Shown piece after piece: positions 1 through 12,099 of a stretch of DNA of 64,000 nucleotides. Location: positions 103,106,001 to 103,170,000 of the forward strand of contig OZ296651.1 of NCBI GenBank assembly GCA_965655095.1, given 5' to 3'. This stretch comes from Haplodiscus bocki (Eukaryota). Numbering within the stretch: the stretch's first letter is position 1; every line of letters begins with the position of its first letter. Below the pieces are notes generated by a model. It was not told the origin of the DNA, ran no database searches, and saw only the letters and a list, made by a program, of their open reading frames with translations. Made by a program: the position numbers and the translations under genes.

Positions 1-287
1 AAAATGAATTTATCGGTAGAAACAATGCGGATGTCGAATTTGAAGGATAATAACTTTAACCAATCAGATCCAAATATTTCTCTCTGGATAATTAGATATG
101 AAGCCGTGGTTTAGTGGTTAAAAGCTTTGATTGGTTCACTGCAAGAACTTACTTTGATAAATTCTCGAACAGGAAGCTTTTAACAACTACACTACACAAT
201 CTGTGCAAAATTCAATATTTGCTCCTTATATGGACATCTTTTTGATTGACAATTGAGACCTAAATAATCAAGAAAAACAATTTAAAT

Positions 288-505
288 TTCTCAGACAAGC
301 TGTCTCTACATCAGTGGAAATTGTTCCACTTGAGGTATTTTATCAGACAAGCTGTCGCCTTATCCAGGGATTTTGTTCCATTTGAGAAGTTTGCTCAGAC
401 ACGCTGTCTGGAATTGTTAACCCACTTGAAGAATCTTCTCAGACAATCTGTCACTATATTAGGGGAACTTGCTCCACGTGAAAGGTTTTCACAGACAAGC
501 GGTAT
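288..505. repeat. ~52-bp degenerate tandem array (5 cores) upstream of pPolB
   Basis: (T/A)CAGACA cores at 291, 343, 395, 439 and 491; the first four carry the dyad GACA-NNN-TGTC. Confidence 0.75.
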
Positions 506-772
506 CATCCCTTTAGTTAAAATTTCATTGTTATATATACAGCTTTCAAGTTGAAAGCGAATGATTGACAGCTCATGCGGTACTTCCTTCTAGGGTAAGT
601 CTTGCTTTTTATGGTTGCTCTTTCTTTTTATGGAATTTTCTGTATATGTGAAAAATTATGCAAAAATACTTGCCACAAAAATTTCGCCATTGTTCCATTT
701 GCATTGCTACCGTCAAGTTGCTTCACTCTTCACGTTTATTTCAGACAATTCTGACAAACTACTATTTTTGAA

Positions 773-3700
773 ATGCCTTCGTTAATCCGAAAAGAAAAAG
801 ATACATGTGAAAACTGTGGTACCCAAACTACAAGAAACAATATTGTACGCCACAAGAAGAGTTGTTCTGCTGGTGCTGATACATTGTTTTGTATCCAATC
901 TCCCAATTTCTCCACAAAGTCCAAGATGATTTGAGTTACCATATTGCTAAGAAGCACAGCGCCCCAAAACCTGATATCACCTTCAAGCGTAAACTTTGCT
1001 TTCAAGAGTTTCCAGGACTTTACGCGCTTTACGTCAACATAAAAACACTCAACACACAATGCAGATCGGATCAGGAACAAAAGATGTGGATGTGGAACAT
1101 ATAGTGGGAGATGTTGAGGATCACAGATTTATAGAAGAGTTGCGTTCCTGTCAACATTTCTTCGTGGATTCGGAACTTGAAAGAGCGATACACAAAGTAT
1201 TCAATTACGCAGTGCAAGCTCTCAACGAAACAGTCGTGAACGTGAAACTTGATCATTTTTTCAATAATTTGAAATGTGCAGCAAAAGTGAATCTGGCTTT
1301 TGGCTTCATTTTGAAAAATATAGAAGATTGAGGGTTCAGATAATTTTACGCACACGAAAACAATACCCTGCTGGATGGATCCAAACCTGTGTGCACCCAT
1401 GACGACATGACGAAGTTGAAAGATTTTCTCAACTAAACTGATGTCATAGAGTCTTGCAGCCGGAAAAGAATGAACACAAAGTGGAGGTTCTACAAGTTAA
1501 CAAACTTGACCGTCTTTGCTGCTTTACTCAAAGACGTACCTATCGGGTGCAAGAACGCAGTCTTACCCGAACCTCTGTTGAGAAAAGGTACAATCAACTG
1601 TCTGACGTTTGAAAAAAGTACAAGACAACCATATAACGACAACTTGTGCCTCTTTCGTGCTCTTGCTCTGCATTTGAATGGCACTCAACGACTGGAAGAA
1701 GAAACATCAAAATTGTTCAATTTATTCATCAATAAAATCGATGGACTGAGCCCCAATCAGTTCCAAGGAGTTCACATGAACGATATTCCTATTGTTGAAG
1801 ATCTGCTAACTCTCAGCATTCTCCTGTATGATATAGATATTGTGAATAGGAACATGATCGGAGAACTTGCTAGACGATGTGTGAAGAAATACGAAAATAC
1901 CGTGCGATTGCTGAAATACAACAACCACATATGCTACGTGAACAACATCAATGCAGTCTTCCCATCTTATCGCTGCCCTAATTGTGACACTTTTTTCAAA
2001 AAACCTTCAAATTGGAGCGACATTTAACTACATGCAGTGAACGAATGAAAAATGTCTATCCGCGGAACGTGTATCAAATCCGAGAAACTCTCTTTGACAA
2101 GCTGGACTTAGCAATATTAGCAATATTCGACTTTGAATCAAATTGTGTCCGAGAAGAAACCTTCAGAGACACAATTACAACAACTTGGATAGGGAAACAT
2201 GTCCCAATATCTGTATCAATTTCCTCAAACCTTGTGGAAGAACCAAGTTTCCTCTGCAACTCTGATCCTCATCAACTCGTTGCATCTTTTATTGGAGTTT
2301 TTGAAAATTTAGCTTCCCAAAGCAAAGCGAAAATGAAAAACTTGTTCCTTGATATCGAAACAACAATAAAAAATAAACTGGGCAGCATCTTCGAGAAACT
2401 TACTCAACGTCATAATCGAAGGGAGCAAGCAGATTTGTATGGTTGTGATAACGAAACTTGTGCCTCAACTCAATTCCTGCAGATACAAAAAAATCAGTTA
2501 ATTGATCTTCAAGAATCTCTGGAACGTTAATGAAATGTTTTACCTGTCTTTGGTTTCAACAGTGCAAAATACGATCTCAACTTAATCAAACCCTATTTGC
2601 TACCCATTCTTATTAACGAACGAGACATTGAACCCACTGTTATTAAGAAAGCGAAAGAGTTCATCTCGTTCAATTTTGGTGATTTTCAGCTATTGGATAT
2701 AATGAACTTTCCTGGCGGAGCAACAAGCCTAGATTCATTCTTGAAGGCATACAAAACTTCATAAACAAAAAGATTTGCCCCTACGAATGGTTTGATCACC
2801 CTAACAAAATGAAGAATACAGAACTTCCCCCATATGACGCCTTTTACAGTAAACTTCGTAGCTGTAACCCTCTTGAAGCCGAATACACGGACTATGTTAT
2901 TCTATTGAAAAATGGATTGACCACAGAACAAGCTGTCGTCAAATTAGGACTTTCAAAGCCTCCACCTACTGGGATGGAGAATTATCAATACCTGCAACAA
3001 ATATGGAAGCAGGAACAAATGAGCTCATTCAAAGCCATTTTGCGCTGGTATAAAAAAAAGATGTTGTGCCAACTTCAGAAGCAATGCAAAAGATGATTGC
3101 TTTTTTTCATGACACAGATATCGATGTGTTAAAGCTTGGTTGTACTTTACCAAACCTGGACAACATTTGCTTACACAAATCTACTGATGCAAAGTTCTAT
3201 CCGTTCACGGAAGTAGATAAAGACCTTTTGGAAAAAGTTCGCGAAGATGTTGTTGGTGGTCCATCTATCGTTTTCACACGGAAAGCAGTTGTTGATGAAA
3301 CTTTTATTCGAAAATCAACAAACCTTCGCAAATCTATTGTTGGGATTGACGCTAGCCAACTATACCCTTACTCGATGTGTCAACCCAAGCCGACCGGTCT
3401 TTAAACGTGTTGGGATTTCGATTCAGAAACGAGTGGATTCATACCCCGACGAAACAAGACCCGCAGCTTTGAAAATATGGTCATGTCTTATTTCCAACGA
3501 TCAAGACCAGAATGTAAAATTGAAAGCTTCTTTACAACAGGCAGACAGAAAAAAATTGATTGCTTCAGTGTTGATGTGTTTTGTTCTCATTGCAACACTG
3601 TGTTTGAAGCCATGGGTTGCTTTTACCACTTCTGTCCCTGTCAAGAGTTGCGTCCTTCTCTCACTGAAGAGGATATTCAACGTGGTAACAAAAAGAGAGA

Positions 3701-5069
3701 GCTCGATGCATTGAGACGACACTATATACAAGAGAAGTGCTTCAAGGTTATTGAAATGTGGGAGTATGAATGGTGGAGACTGTACAAAACAACCAATACT
3801 GTTAAGCAACATATCCGAGAACACTTTCCTTACAGGAGTTCACTTGCAGCTGAGCAACTTTTAGAAGAGATAAAGAAAGGAAAGTTATTTGGCGACGTGC
3901 AGTGCGATATTGATTTACCTGAAAACTTGACATCAAAAGTTAATAACTTTCCTCCAATATTCAGGAACACCTTAGTTAGCAAGAGCGACATCGGGGACTT
4001 GATGGAAAACTATGCCGAAGAAGATTATTGTCTCAACCTCGAAGAGTGTTGACATCTAGCTTCAAATTACAAAATGGAACACTTATTGCTCCTCTGCTGT
4101 TGTTTTACCTACACATGGGTCTTGTTTGCACACAAATACATCGCTTTGTTGAGTACACTCCAAAAAAAATTTCAACAGTTTTGTACAGTCAGTAGTGGAC
4201 GCAAGAAAGCAAGGTGACGAAAATCCAAACTCAAGTGTCCTCGCAGGAACAAGGAAGCTTCTAGCTAACAGTTCTTATGGCTATCAGATTATGGACCGAA
4301 ACCGACACACTGTAACGAAGTACCTCAGTGACGAAAAAACACATGCGGCCATTAATAGTAAACTGTTCAAAAAGCTAGATCATGTGAACAATTCATTGTA
4401 TGAAGTTGAACTTGCCAAAGCACAGATTGAACACAAAGAGCCAATCATTGTCGGGTTCTTCATTCTTCAATACGCAAAACTGCGAATGTTGGAGCTGTAC
4501 TCCAACTTCTTCACCAAATTCTGTGATGTAAACAAGTTCGAAGAGTTGGAAAAGGACACAGATTCGCTGTATCTTGCTCTTGCCGAGAAGGAACTGGAAG
4601 ATTGTATAAGACCTGAAAAGAGAGCGGAATTGCAGAGGTTGCGATCAAACAACTGTGTCGATAGTTTCACTGCTGATTCTGTAGCAAATTTCTTCCCCAG
4701 AATATGTTGTGTAAAACACAAACAACATGATAAGAGAGAGCCTGGCCTATTTAAAGAAGAGTTCAGATGTACGGAGATGTTATGTTTATGCAGTAAGACA
4801 TACTGCTGCTATGACGTCACCTCTATTAACCTTAAATTTAGCAGTAAAGGTCTCAACAAACGCGTACTGGAACAGAGCGGGGACGGACCACTGGAAAAGT
4901 ATCGGACAGTCTTGAACGAAAAGGTAACTGTCACTTCGAACAATGGAGGATTCAGAACAAACAATCATTCTGTTGCTACCAATGAACAAGTTAGGAAAGT
5001 TTGTCCTATTTTCACCTAAAACGAATAGTAGAGACTGATGGAATTCATACTGAACCGCTGAAATTGTAA
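773..5069 (+). pseudogene. Protein-primed family B DNA polymerase (Maverick pPolB), with many frameshifts and stops
   Basis: Consecutive + strand ORF fragments give N-terminal zinc-finger-like Cys/His motifs, OTU-like DNLCLFRAL...NNHICY, ExoI AIFDFES, ExoII GFNSAKYD (~2550), motif A GIDASQLYP, motif B KLLANSSYG, motif C DTDS and C-terminal KRIVETDGIHTEPL. ATG at 773, TAA at 5067-5069. Confidence 0.93.
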
Positions 5070-5742
5070 GTTATTCAATCATTTTTTTTTATATTGTCGT
5101 GTATTTGGTCACATTTATACACTCTAATTAACTTTTTAAAAACAATAATACAATCTTTTTACATAGCATTTAGTCATATCAATATCCGCACGCTTAATAA
5201 ATTATCCGCACGCCTAATAATTTATCCGCACGCGTAAAAAAATATGCAGGCCCACAAAAACTCTATCCAAATAAGGAAGGAGTAGACCCGTTGTAAACCC
5301 CACATTGGCAAAGGACCTCCCCCTCTGTGAACACCGCCATCCCCTATACTACTTAGGCCCATTCCATACCTTAATACATTGTCCGGAACTATACCCTATC
5401 TTAATACATTGAACCGAATTATAACCTATCTTAATACATTGACCCGAACTATTCCCTATCTTAATACATTGCCGAACTATACCCAATCTTAATGCATTGA
5501 ACCGAACTATACCCTATCTTAATACATTGAGCAAAACTATACACTATCTTAATACATTACAGTCGGCAGCCAATCAAATTTGAGTCGTCAGCCAATCAGA
5601 ATCGAGCACTACGTCACCCGAGAGCTCTCGGCTAGGGTCGAGGTCCCGTCTCGGCTCTCGGCTCGAGTCGGCTCGCTATAGCCTATCTTAATACATAGGG
5701 ACTTCAACCACCCCCACCAGCTCTGCTCACTCTTCTACTACT
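5070..5742 (-). repeat. Maverick terminal inverted repeat, with 3x ATCCGCACGC and a ~30-bp tandem array (CTATCTTAATACATT core, ~5365-5560)
   Basis: Reverse complement aligns by eye with 60115-60900: terminal AGTAGTAG..GTCCCT..TTAAGATAGGCTATAG..GAGCCGAGAGCCGAGA, 3x GC(G/C)TGCGGATA, and GACT.AATGCTATG. Confidence 0.85.
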
Positions 5743-6830
5743 CACAATGCATTCGTTAGTATTTTTCTGTTGCTTGTTTGACTGTCTGGAAGAATTATAA
5801 CGCTGCGTTTTCGCGTGGTGAGCTTTAAACAAAGTGAAGTTTCGCCTCCTCGATGAGTCTGTTGCTGAATGGGCGCAGGTTGTTCTCCACGAGGTGCTCA
5901 ATTTCATTGAACCTACCCTTGTCTCCTCAAAATGTCGGGACCTGTGTGTGCAGATTGGTTTTTGGTTTTTATGCTATTATCCCGGATGCGAGTGGGTAGC
6001 TTGGTAAATAGGTGCAACAAGTCATCATAAGGCTGGGCCACTTCAAAAGTTTGCAGAAGTTCTGGCTGTCTGAACCGAGGGTGGAACAGAGCTTGATCGT
6101 CTCTTTCTGCGTCATCGAACGTTTCTGGTCTTCTAACTGCGTCCGGGTTGCTCCTGTCAACATGTCGGGTTGAGCTCCTGTTCTACCGAATTCTCTTCCT
6201 GTCAAGGCTCTAGAAATTTCCGCTCTACGAAGGGCTGATCATTTCCACGATAATTGCTGAGAAAGAGTATCCGCCTTTTGGGAAATATGTGCCGAATTGG
6301 TTTAAATCAACTTCTTTAGCGATTAGATCGTTGCTGATACTTGGTCGGTCAGTGGTCCTAAGTTCCTCTTGATACTTTCCTCGATCACTTTGTGCGAAAG
6401 TCTGTTTGGAGGTTCCTCGGTATCTTGTGGGTCACGCGGTGCAGAAGTGTTGGCGGTGTTTTGGGCGTTTATGGACGTTTTAGGATATGATTGTCCACTG
6501 TAAGTCTTTCCTTTTCTCAGTGTTGTCAGGACAGAAGAGAAATTCATTATTTTCAATTTTGTGACTACAGTAGTTCAATCGAGGCAATAAGTATCCTTTC
6601 TTAAAAGATATGTAAACAAATCGGATATGAAGCGATGTGCGTTTCTAAGCAGGGTTCCGTACGCTTTCCGACCAATCATATTCTCCCGTGTTGCGTTGTT
6701 ACTAAAACGCTGTGGTTTTCCTTCCGCAGACGCATTTCTTGTCATCGGTGCGGTCCTATTGGCTCCTCGCTTTGGACGTTTTTTGATTAATTAAAATCTG
6801 ACACGCAAATCCACCACTAGAATGCCAAAT
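5743..6830 (-). mobile_element. Decayed Gypsy-like LTR retrotransposon 5' region (PBS-like site, leader, gag), cut at the Maverick end
   Basis: Minus strand ~5960-5800 reads HTQVPTF*GDKGRFNEIEHLVENNLRPFSNRLIEEAKLHF (retrotransposon gag-like). At 6830-6810 the minus strand reads ...ATACA-TT-TGGCATTCTAGTGGTGG, resembling an LTR end plus PBS. Confidence 0.5.
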
Positions 6831-7817
6831 GTATGAAATTTATTCAACTTATTGCGCAGTTTTATGCATGGGACATCGGGTCATTAGACATCGGAAACTG
6901 TAGTTACAAATTATAGCATCAAAGAATTGTTTTTCAATACTTAGTCAGTTTCATTTTCAGACATCGAAAAATGTGTGCGCTCTGTAGAAATCCCATCTTC
7001 CAACCAAAACCGGTGAATCATTTTTTGATTATACGTGCGCGTGCTTTATCCATCCGTGTTAGAAGATTGGTTCGCCGGTATTTTATTCGACTTCAGTTTG
7101 CTGCACAGGCTGATTAGTAGAGTGATTGCACTACAGAGGGCACTTTTAAAAATGCTCGTTTTCAGCATGCTCGTTTTTAGCCGTTTACATATAGAACGGC
7201 TGAAGCTTACCAGTTTCTTTTAGTGTTTAATATGTATTTTCACTTCTAAGCTTCAGTCAGAATGTAACGCCGATATCTTTCACATTCCTTGGTTATTTCT
7301 GCAGTATTGGTTCAGTTGTGTATGAAATTGCTAATTTATAAATTGCTCAGCCGAATTTGCTTTCACAGACTACATAGAGTAATGTATAATAAAGAATCTT
7401 TTTAATATCAGGGGGAAAGAAGTAAGATGACATAGTTGATTCTATACTTTCATGCTTTTTTGGCTACAGATCTTGCATTAAGTTTTTATTTACTGTGGTA
7501 GCTTCATACATATAGAACATAGACGTAGTTTTAGGGATATGTTGACAACTCAGTTTTTTTCTCCTTGTTGCTTGACAACGAGAAAAATTCCACGGATTGG
7601 TCTCCCATGTGCAAACCTTGGTGGGTTGCTAAGAAGTATCAGGTGTGTTTCATATTGAACAAATACGTGGAATGTCGTGTGAGAGTAGTCATGACTTCTT
7701 GAAAATTGAGATGACGACTAGACAGTTTCGGTTCTTGCAGAGGAAGCAGATGCTTTTTGTTGGGTGTGAGATGCGAGTCTAGTGCTAGGTAATTGGGTGA
7801 TTAATCCAGTTAAGAGC

Positions 7818-8549
7818 ACCCAGGTTTACCACCCCAGGGATTACTTACTAGGGCGCAGCCCTGAACCCCAACCCTGCCAGAGATAAAACCCGTAGCAAGA
7901 TCTTGTAGAGAATGCCCTGCGCGCACACATACGACTTAGTAAGAATGGCTTGGGCCCACGGATGAACCGTGGTAAAAATGCTATGCTTCCCTTGTGAGAA
8001 ATCTCGGATGAAGATGCTTTTTTTTCTAAGAATGGTGTTTTCTTCCACAAAAATGTACTAGGAATCTAACAGTCGATTCAGAACCATACGCATCTCATCT
8101 GTTCAGAAAACGACAATAAGGATCTTATCCAACTGGATGACATTTACTAAATTTGGAAAAAATTGTTTCACTTTGTATTTCTTTTCAGACAAGTTAAGCC
8201 ATTATTCAACATATGTTTTTAGTAAATTCCCTATTCCAGATACTTTCAAGCATCTTCGTTGACAAAATATCTTCAACAGGTATAAAGTTCATCAAATTTC
8301 ACCTCCAATGGTTGATTATGCTTGATTTTCGTTGAAATGCATAAATTATCAGAACGTTACACAATTATGTAATGCGTATGCACTGGGCACAGAAATAACT
8401 TATTAGGTCCCGGGGCTGGGCCCAGGGATAACTGAGTAAACCCCATGGGTGCATCCCTGGGCCCGTACTAAGTCATCCCTGGTTCCTCTGTACCCCATCC
8501 GTGTTTTACTAAGAATGCCCTGTGTCACCCCTGGGTGGTCAATCCGGGC
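7818..8549. mobile_element. MITE-like non-autonomous element
   Basis: Imperfect TIRs ACCCAGGTTTACCACCCCAGGG / CCCTGGGTGGTCAATCCGGG; a diverged second copy lies at ~57325-57826. TSD not resolved. Confidence 0.6.
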
Positions 8550-8817
8550 AGCACAGAGCTTTGACGTTCTATTACACCTTATATAGTGGCGGTTTATCCA
8601 TTTTATTTCAGACCTTCTGTTATGTCTGATTCTGTGGAGGACTTAAGATGTAACGATTCATGTGCTCCAGACCTTCGGATCCAAACAGTGTTTTCGGTTA
8701 AGCCTCAAAATGATTGTTGTTCACATTTTAAATCAAATGCTTTGAATACCGAAAATATTTCGCTCATTTTTATTGCATTGGAGTGCTAAATATTTGATGT
8801 TATTCAAAAAGTAATAT

Positions 8818-8916
8818 AGATGTTTGGTACGCGATGAAAAATGCTTACAATTATTCACTTCTATATAGAGATGAAGAAAATAATTATAATCATTTTTCAT
8901 CGTGTACCAAACATCT
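8818..8916. repeat. Short foldback: 38-bp arms (35/38 match), 23-nt loop
   Basis: 8818-8855 AGATGTTTGGTACGCGATGAAAAATGCTTACAATTATT versus the reverse complement of 8879-8916. Confidence 0.85.
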
Positions 8917-9993
8917 TAACTTGTTAAGTAACATAAATTTGGTCATTCTGAACACAAGAGTAGCACTAGAATTATTTAAATTATGAACTCAGTTAAAAAT
9001 GTTCAAATTTCGATCGTGCTTGAACAGCTTGAAACGTAAATTAGCTAGCAGGTCAGATTGTTAAATTTTGCAAAAACCTTCAATTTGTAAACTAATAGAC
9101 TAAAAATTATTGTTCAAAATATATCATCAACTTAAAGATTCAAAATCGTCACAGCAGGAAATCGTGAAAATTTCAAATGAGTAATTAGCTCCCAAAGGAG
9201 AATATCTAATCACGGGTATGAAAAGAAGACGTCTTAAGTTAAAAATCCGTCCACTTGAAAATTGATAACTCATTGTCAAAAAAATAAAAAAACGCTGAAG
9301 ATCTTAAAATTGTCTCTATTTGGTGAGAAACCATGCCATATTTCAACTTTTAGAGTGAGAGAAAAGATGCATAATTTTGCCGAATTGGATTTGGAGATTT
9401 CAAGTTTTTTCGTCAATTTCTTAATCGACTATCACTGAGAAAAGAACTGTGAAATTGGGTATGAAAATTGTTGGTCTTTTCTGTTAACGCCCCCCCCCTC
9501 CCCCTCCCCCACAGACACACATGCCACAAAGGATATGCGAAATAATAGGCAGTGTAATGATTTAACTAACGCGAGAGTGAATTTTGGCCAATCAGAGAAG
9601 AGTTCGCTTCCGTTCCGGCTTCCGATTAGGGGGGGGGGGGGGGGTCAAAATTCTCGTAACTACTGGCCGGAGGGGGTTGGGAGTTAACAGAAAATCTCCG
9701 AATTTTGAAACTTCTGTAATTATTTCAACTTTCTCAAGTTTCTTCTTGTTCGGTTCTTGCTTTGGCTGTCGGTTGTACAATCTGTAGCTTGACCATTGTC
9801 TGTTTGAGAGGCGGAATCTCGAACCAGTCGTAGAATTTTGTGGCACTTTCGTCTTTGGCTACTAATAAATATTCTCCCAGAGGCGCGTATTGTTTCTTTA
9901 TCACTTTATCGATTGAACGTTTGGTGTTTTTTCTGAAAAATGTACTCGCGTTTTTAAGCGTATTTACTCAGGAATTACTGCCATGTTCAAACA

Positions 9994-10558
9994 GGTGGCA
10001 AGACAAAATACCCAAACCTAAAATACCCAGGCCCAAAAAACCCAAATCCAAAATACTCAAAGTCCCAAAATACCCAAGCCCAAAATACCCAAGGCCAAAA
10101 TACCCAAAGTCCCAAAACAGCCAAGATTGAAATAGCTATACCAATTAAATAATTAACAGCGCCTTGACCTAAAAGTTTCAGGACGCCTATAACTATTTAA
10201 TTTTATTGATGTTGTAAAATGTTGGTGTTGACGAAATAAAATACCACAAGTCAAAATGTTCACAGAAAGTAACGTTGAACAGAAAGCAGCCGCGAAGTTC
10301 AAAAAGTTGGGTATACACTGGGGGTACCCCACAAAATTTTCGGCTCTGTGAGATAAAATTGTAATTCACTTCACACAATTTTCGACACTGAAACAAAATT
10401 GTATTGCACCTCAAATTTTTCGACACTGTGAGAAAATTGTAATTCACCTCACAAATTTTTCGGCACTGTGAGCCTTGGGTATTTTGGGACTTTGAGTAAT
10501 TTGGGATTGGGTATTTCCGGCTTGTGTATTTTGGGTTTGGGTATTTTGGGGTGGAACC
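9994..10558. mobile_element. 565-bp MITE with 9-bp TSD (Mutator- or Merlin-like)
   Basis: Perfect direct repeat GTTCAAACA at 9985-9993 and 10559-10567; ends GGT.../...ACC; inverted subterminal arrays of CCAAAATACCCAA / TTGGGTATTTTGG. Confidence 0.85.
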
Positions 10559-10996
10559 GTTCAAACAATAACTTTGATTTTGCAGTCTCTGCCCATAATG
10601 GTGATAGGGATTAACGCCGACCAATATTTATGCCGAACGTGATTATTGCCGACACGACTCTAAATGAGATTAAGTCGAACGATCAATTCAAAGGAATTAA
10701 GATACCTCCGTGAAAATTGTCGGATTAATCAGAAATGCTTCTTATTCTTATTCGGAATCAATTTCATAAGTCGTTATCCATGAATACGCATCGGGCTAAG
10801 TCAACGAGCACCGCTCATATTATGTTTGTCATGGTTTCCGTGCATTGTGATATAATCATGCCATGCGGTCATGGTTTGTCAATCAAGGTTTGTGAGAAAA
10901 TTTGTGAAAATGTGATACATGAGATTTTAACCGGAAACAGTCAAGATTTTTAGATGCCCATTCACGAAGTTTTTTTTACTGAATCAATGCTGGATA

Positions 10997-11447
10997 TCAG
11001 TGCTGATTGCAATTAATTTCAACTTTTCCACATCTGACAGCTCTATACATGATTGCAATTAATTTCAACTTTTCCACTACTCCTTTAGAAACGAGCAAAA
11101 AAATTTTGCAAGTAGCAACTAACCCATTTTTGTGCGAATCGACTGTACTCGCCATAAAAATAGGTTGACCTAAACTGTCATACTTGAGAGCAGGCGGTCT
11201 TTCCCCAAAGTAGACAACCCGCGTCTTTTTGCTCTCTTCTCTTTTCAAAGCTTCGTCGTATTCTTTCTTCAAGTTGGCCAAAATTAAAGGGGGGTAGGTT
11301 TCTTTGGTGTCTCCCGGCAAGCAGACATCTGGTAGCTCCACATACCCTGAGAGAGGGATGTTATGGTCGTATATCATGTTTGCAAATTCTTGGAAAAAGT
11401 TGAAATTGATGTGCTCGGAATTGCGAATTATTTTAAGGACTTTCTCG
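10997..11447 (-). CDS. MORN1: MORN repeat-containing protein 1-like, probable last coding exon
   Basis: Acceptor TTTCAG before 11447; phase 2 matches the donor at 20868; open to TGA at 10997. GYVELPDVCLPGDTKETYPPLILANLKK resembles the MORN1 C-terminal segment as I recall it (GCAEFTDVLLG..YHPFLFLDSLHKK). Confidence 0.72.
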
Positions 11448-12099
11448 CTGAAATAGAACGCTCGAAGTCAATATCAGAATTTGAATAGCGCCCAGAAAAG
11501 GAATTGAACGAAGGAATTCTATTTGATGGAATTACTAATTGTGATGTCAAAAGATATTTGACTAAACTGACAAAAGATTTGATGGTTTAAAGAAAATGAT
11601 CAGATAAATTTTAAGCGGATTCTTCCCAAAAGCAGCCTCCTACGACTGGAGAACGAAATCACCGACTTGAAATACTGATACTAGCTGATGAGTTAGTATC
11701 CAAATAAATTAACTTTTCATTTATATTACTAAAAATTATTGAGGTGAAAACTGAACCGTCTGATCATGTAAATTTTTCGTCCGAATTTGTGTTTGGTCAG
11801 AGTTAGTAATGATCCGTGTGATGGACGGTTGTTATAGGACAAGAATTGAATCATGATTCTTTATTTACTAAACACCTTCCCTAAAGAACAGAGATTTATT
11901 CTCATTAGAACCGAATACAACTGAAAAAACACATTGATTTGTAATACCATTTTGTTTGAACCATACTTGCCGATAATATGTCTAATAAAATACCCCACCG
12001 TCAAACAACTACGGCATCTAATAAAATCAATTTTGGAACTCAGTTTTTCCTGAGTGTCACTGAGCTATAGTAGAAAATACAATATGGCGCAGTCAGCCA

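Larger units (their letters stand above)
1..5742 (+). mobile_element. Maverick/Polinton element, right-hand part (continues left of window), decayed
   Basis: pPolB pseudogene followed directly by a repeat-rich terminal region ending CTACTACT at 5742 (reverse complement AGTAGTAG, the typical Polinton terminus). The region is homologous to the second terminus at 60115. Confidence 0.88.

Noticed and set aside
736-4989. Antisense and off-frame ORFs overlapping the pPolB pseudogene
   Set aside because: Shadow ORFs of the polymerase reading frame.
9489-9644. C-run and G-run pair as a functional G4 or stem
   Set aside because: Low-complexity homopolymers, error-prone in assembly, with no supporting context.
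9840-10624. Pro/Lys-rich ORFs (PKYPKP...)
   Set aside because: They are translations of the MITE subterminal repeats.
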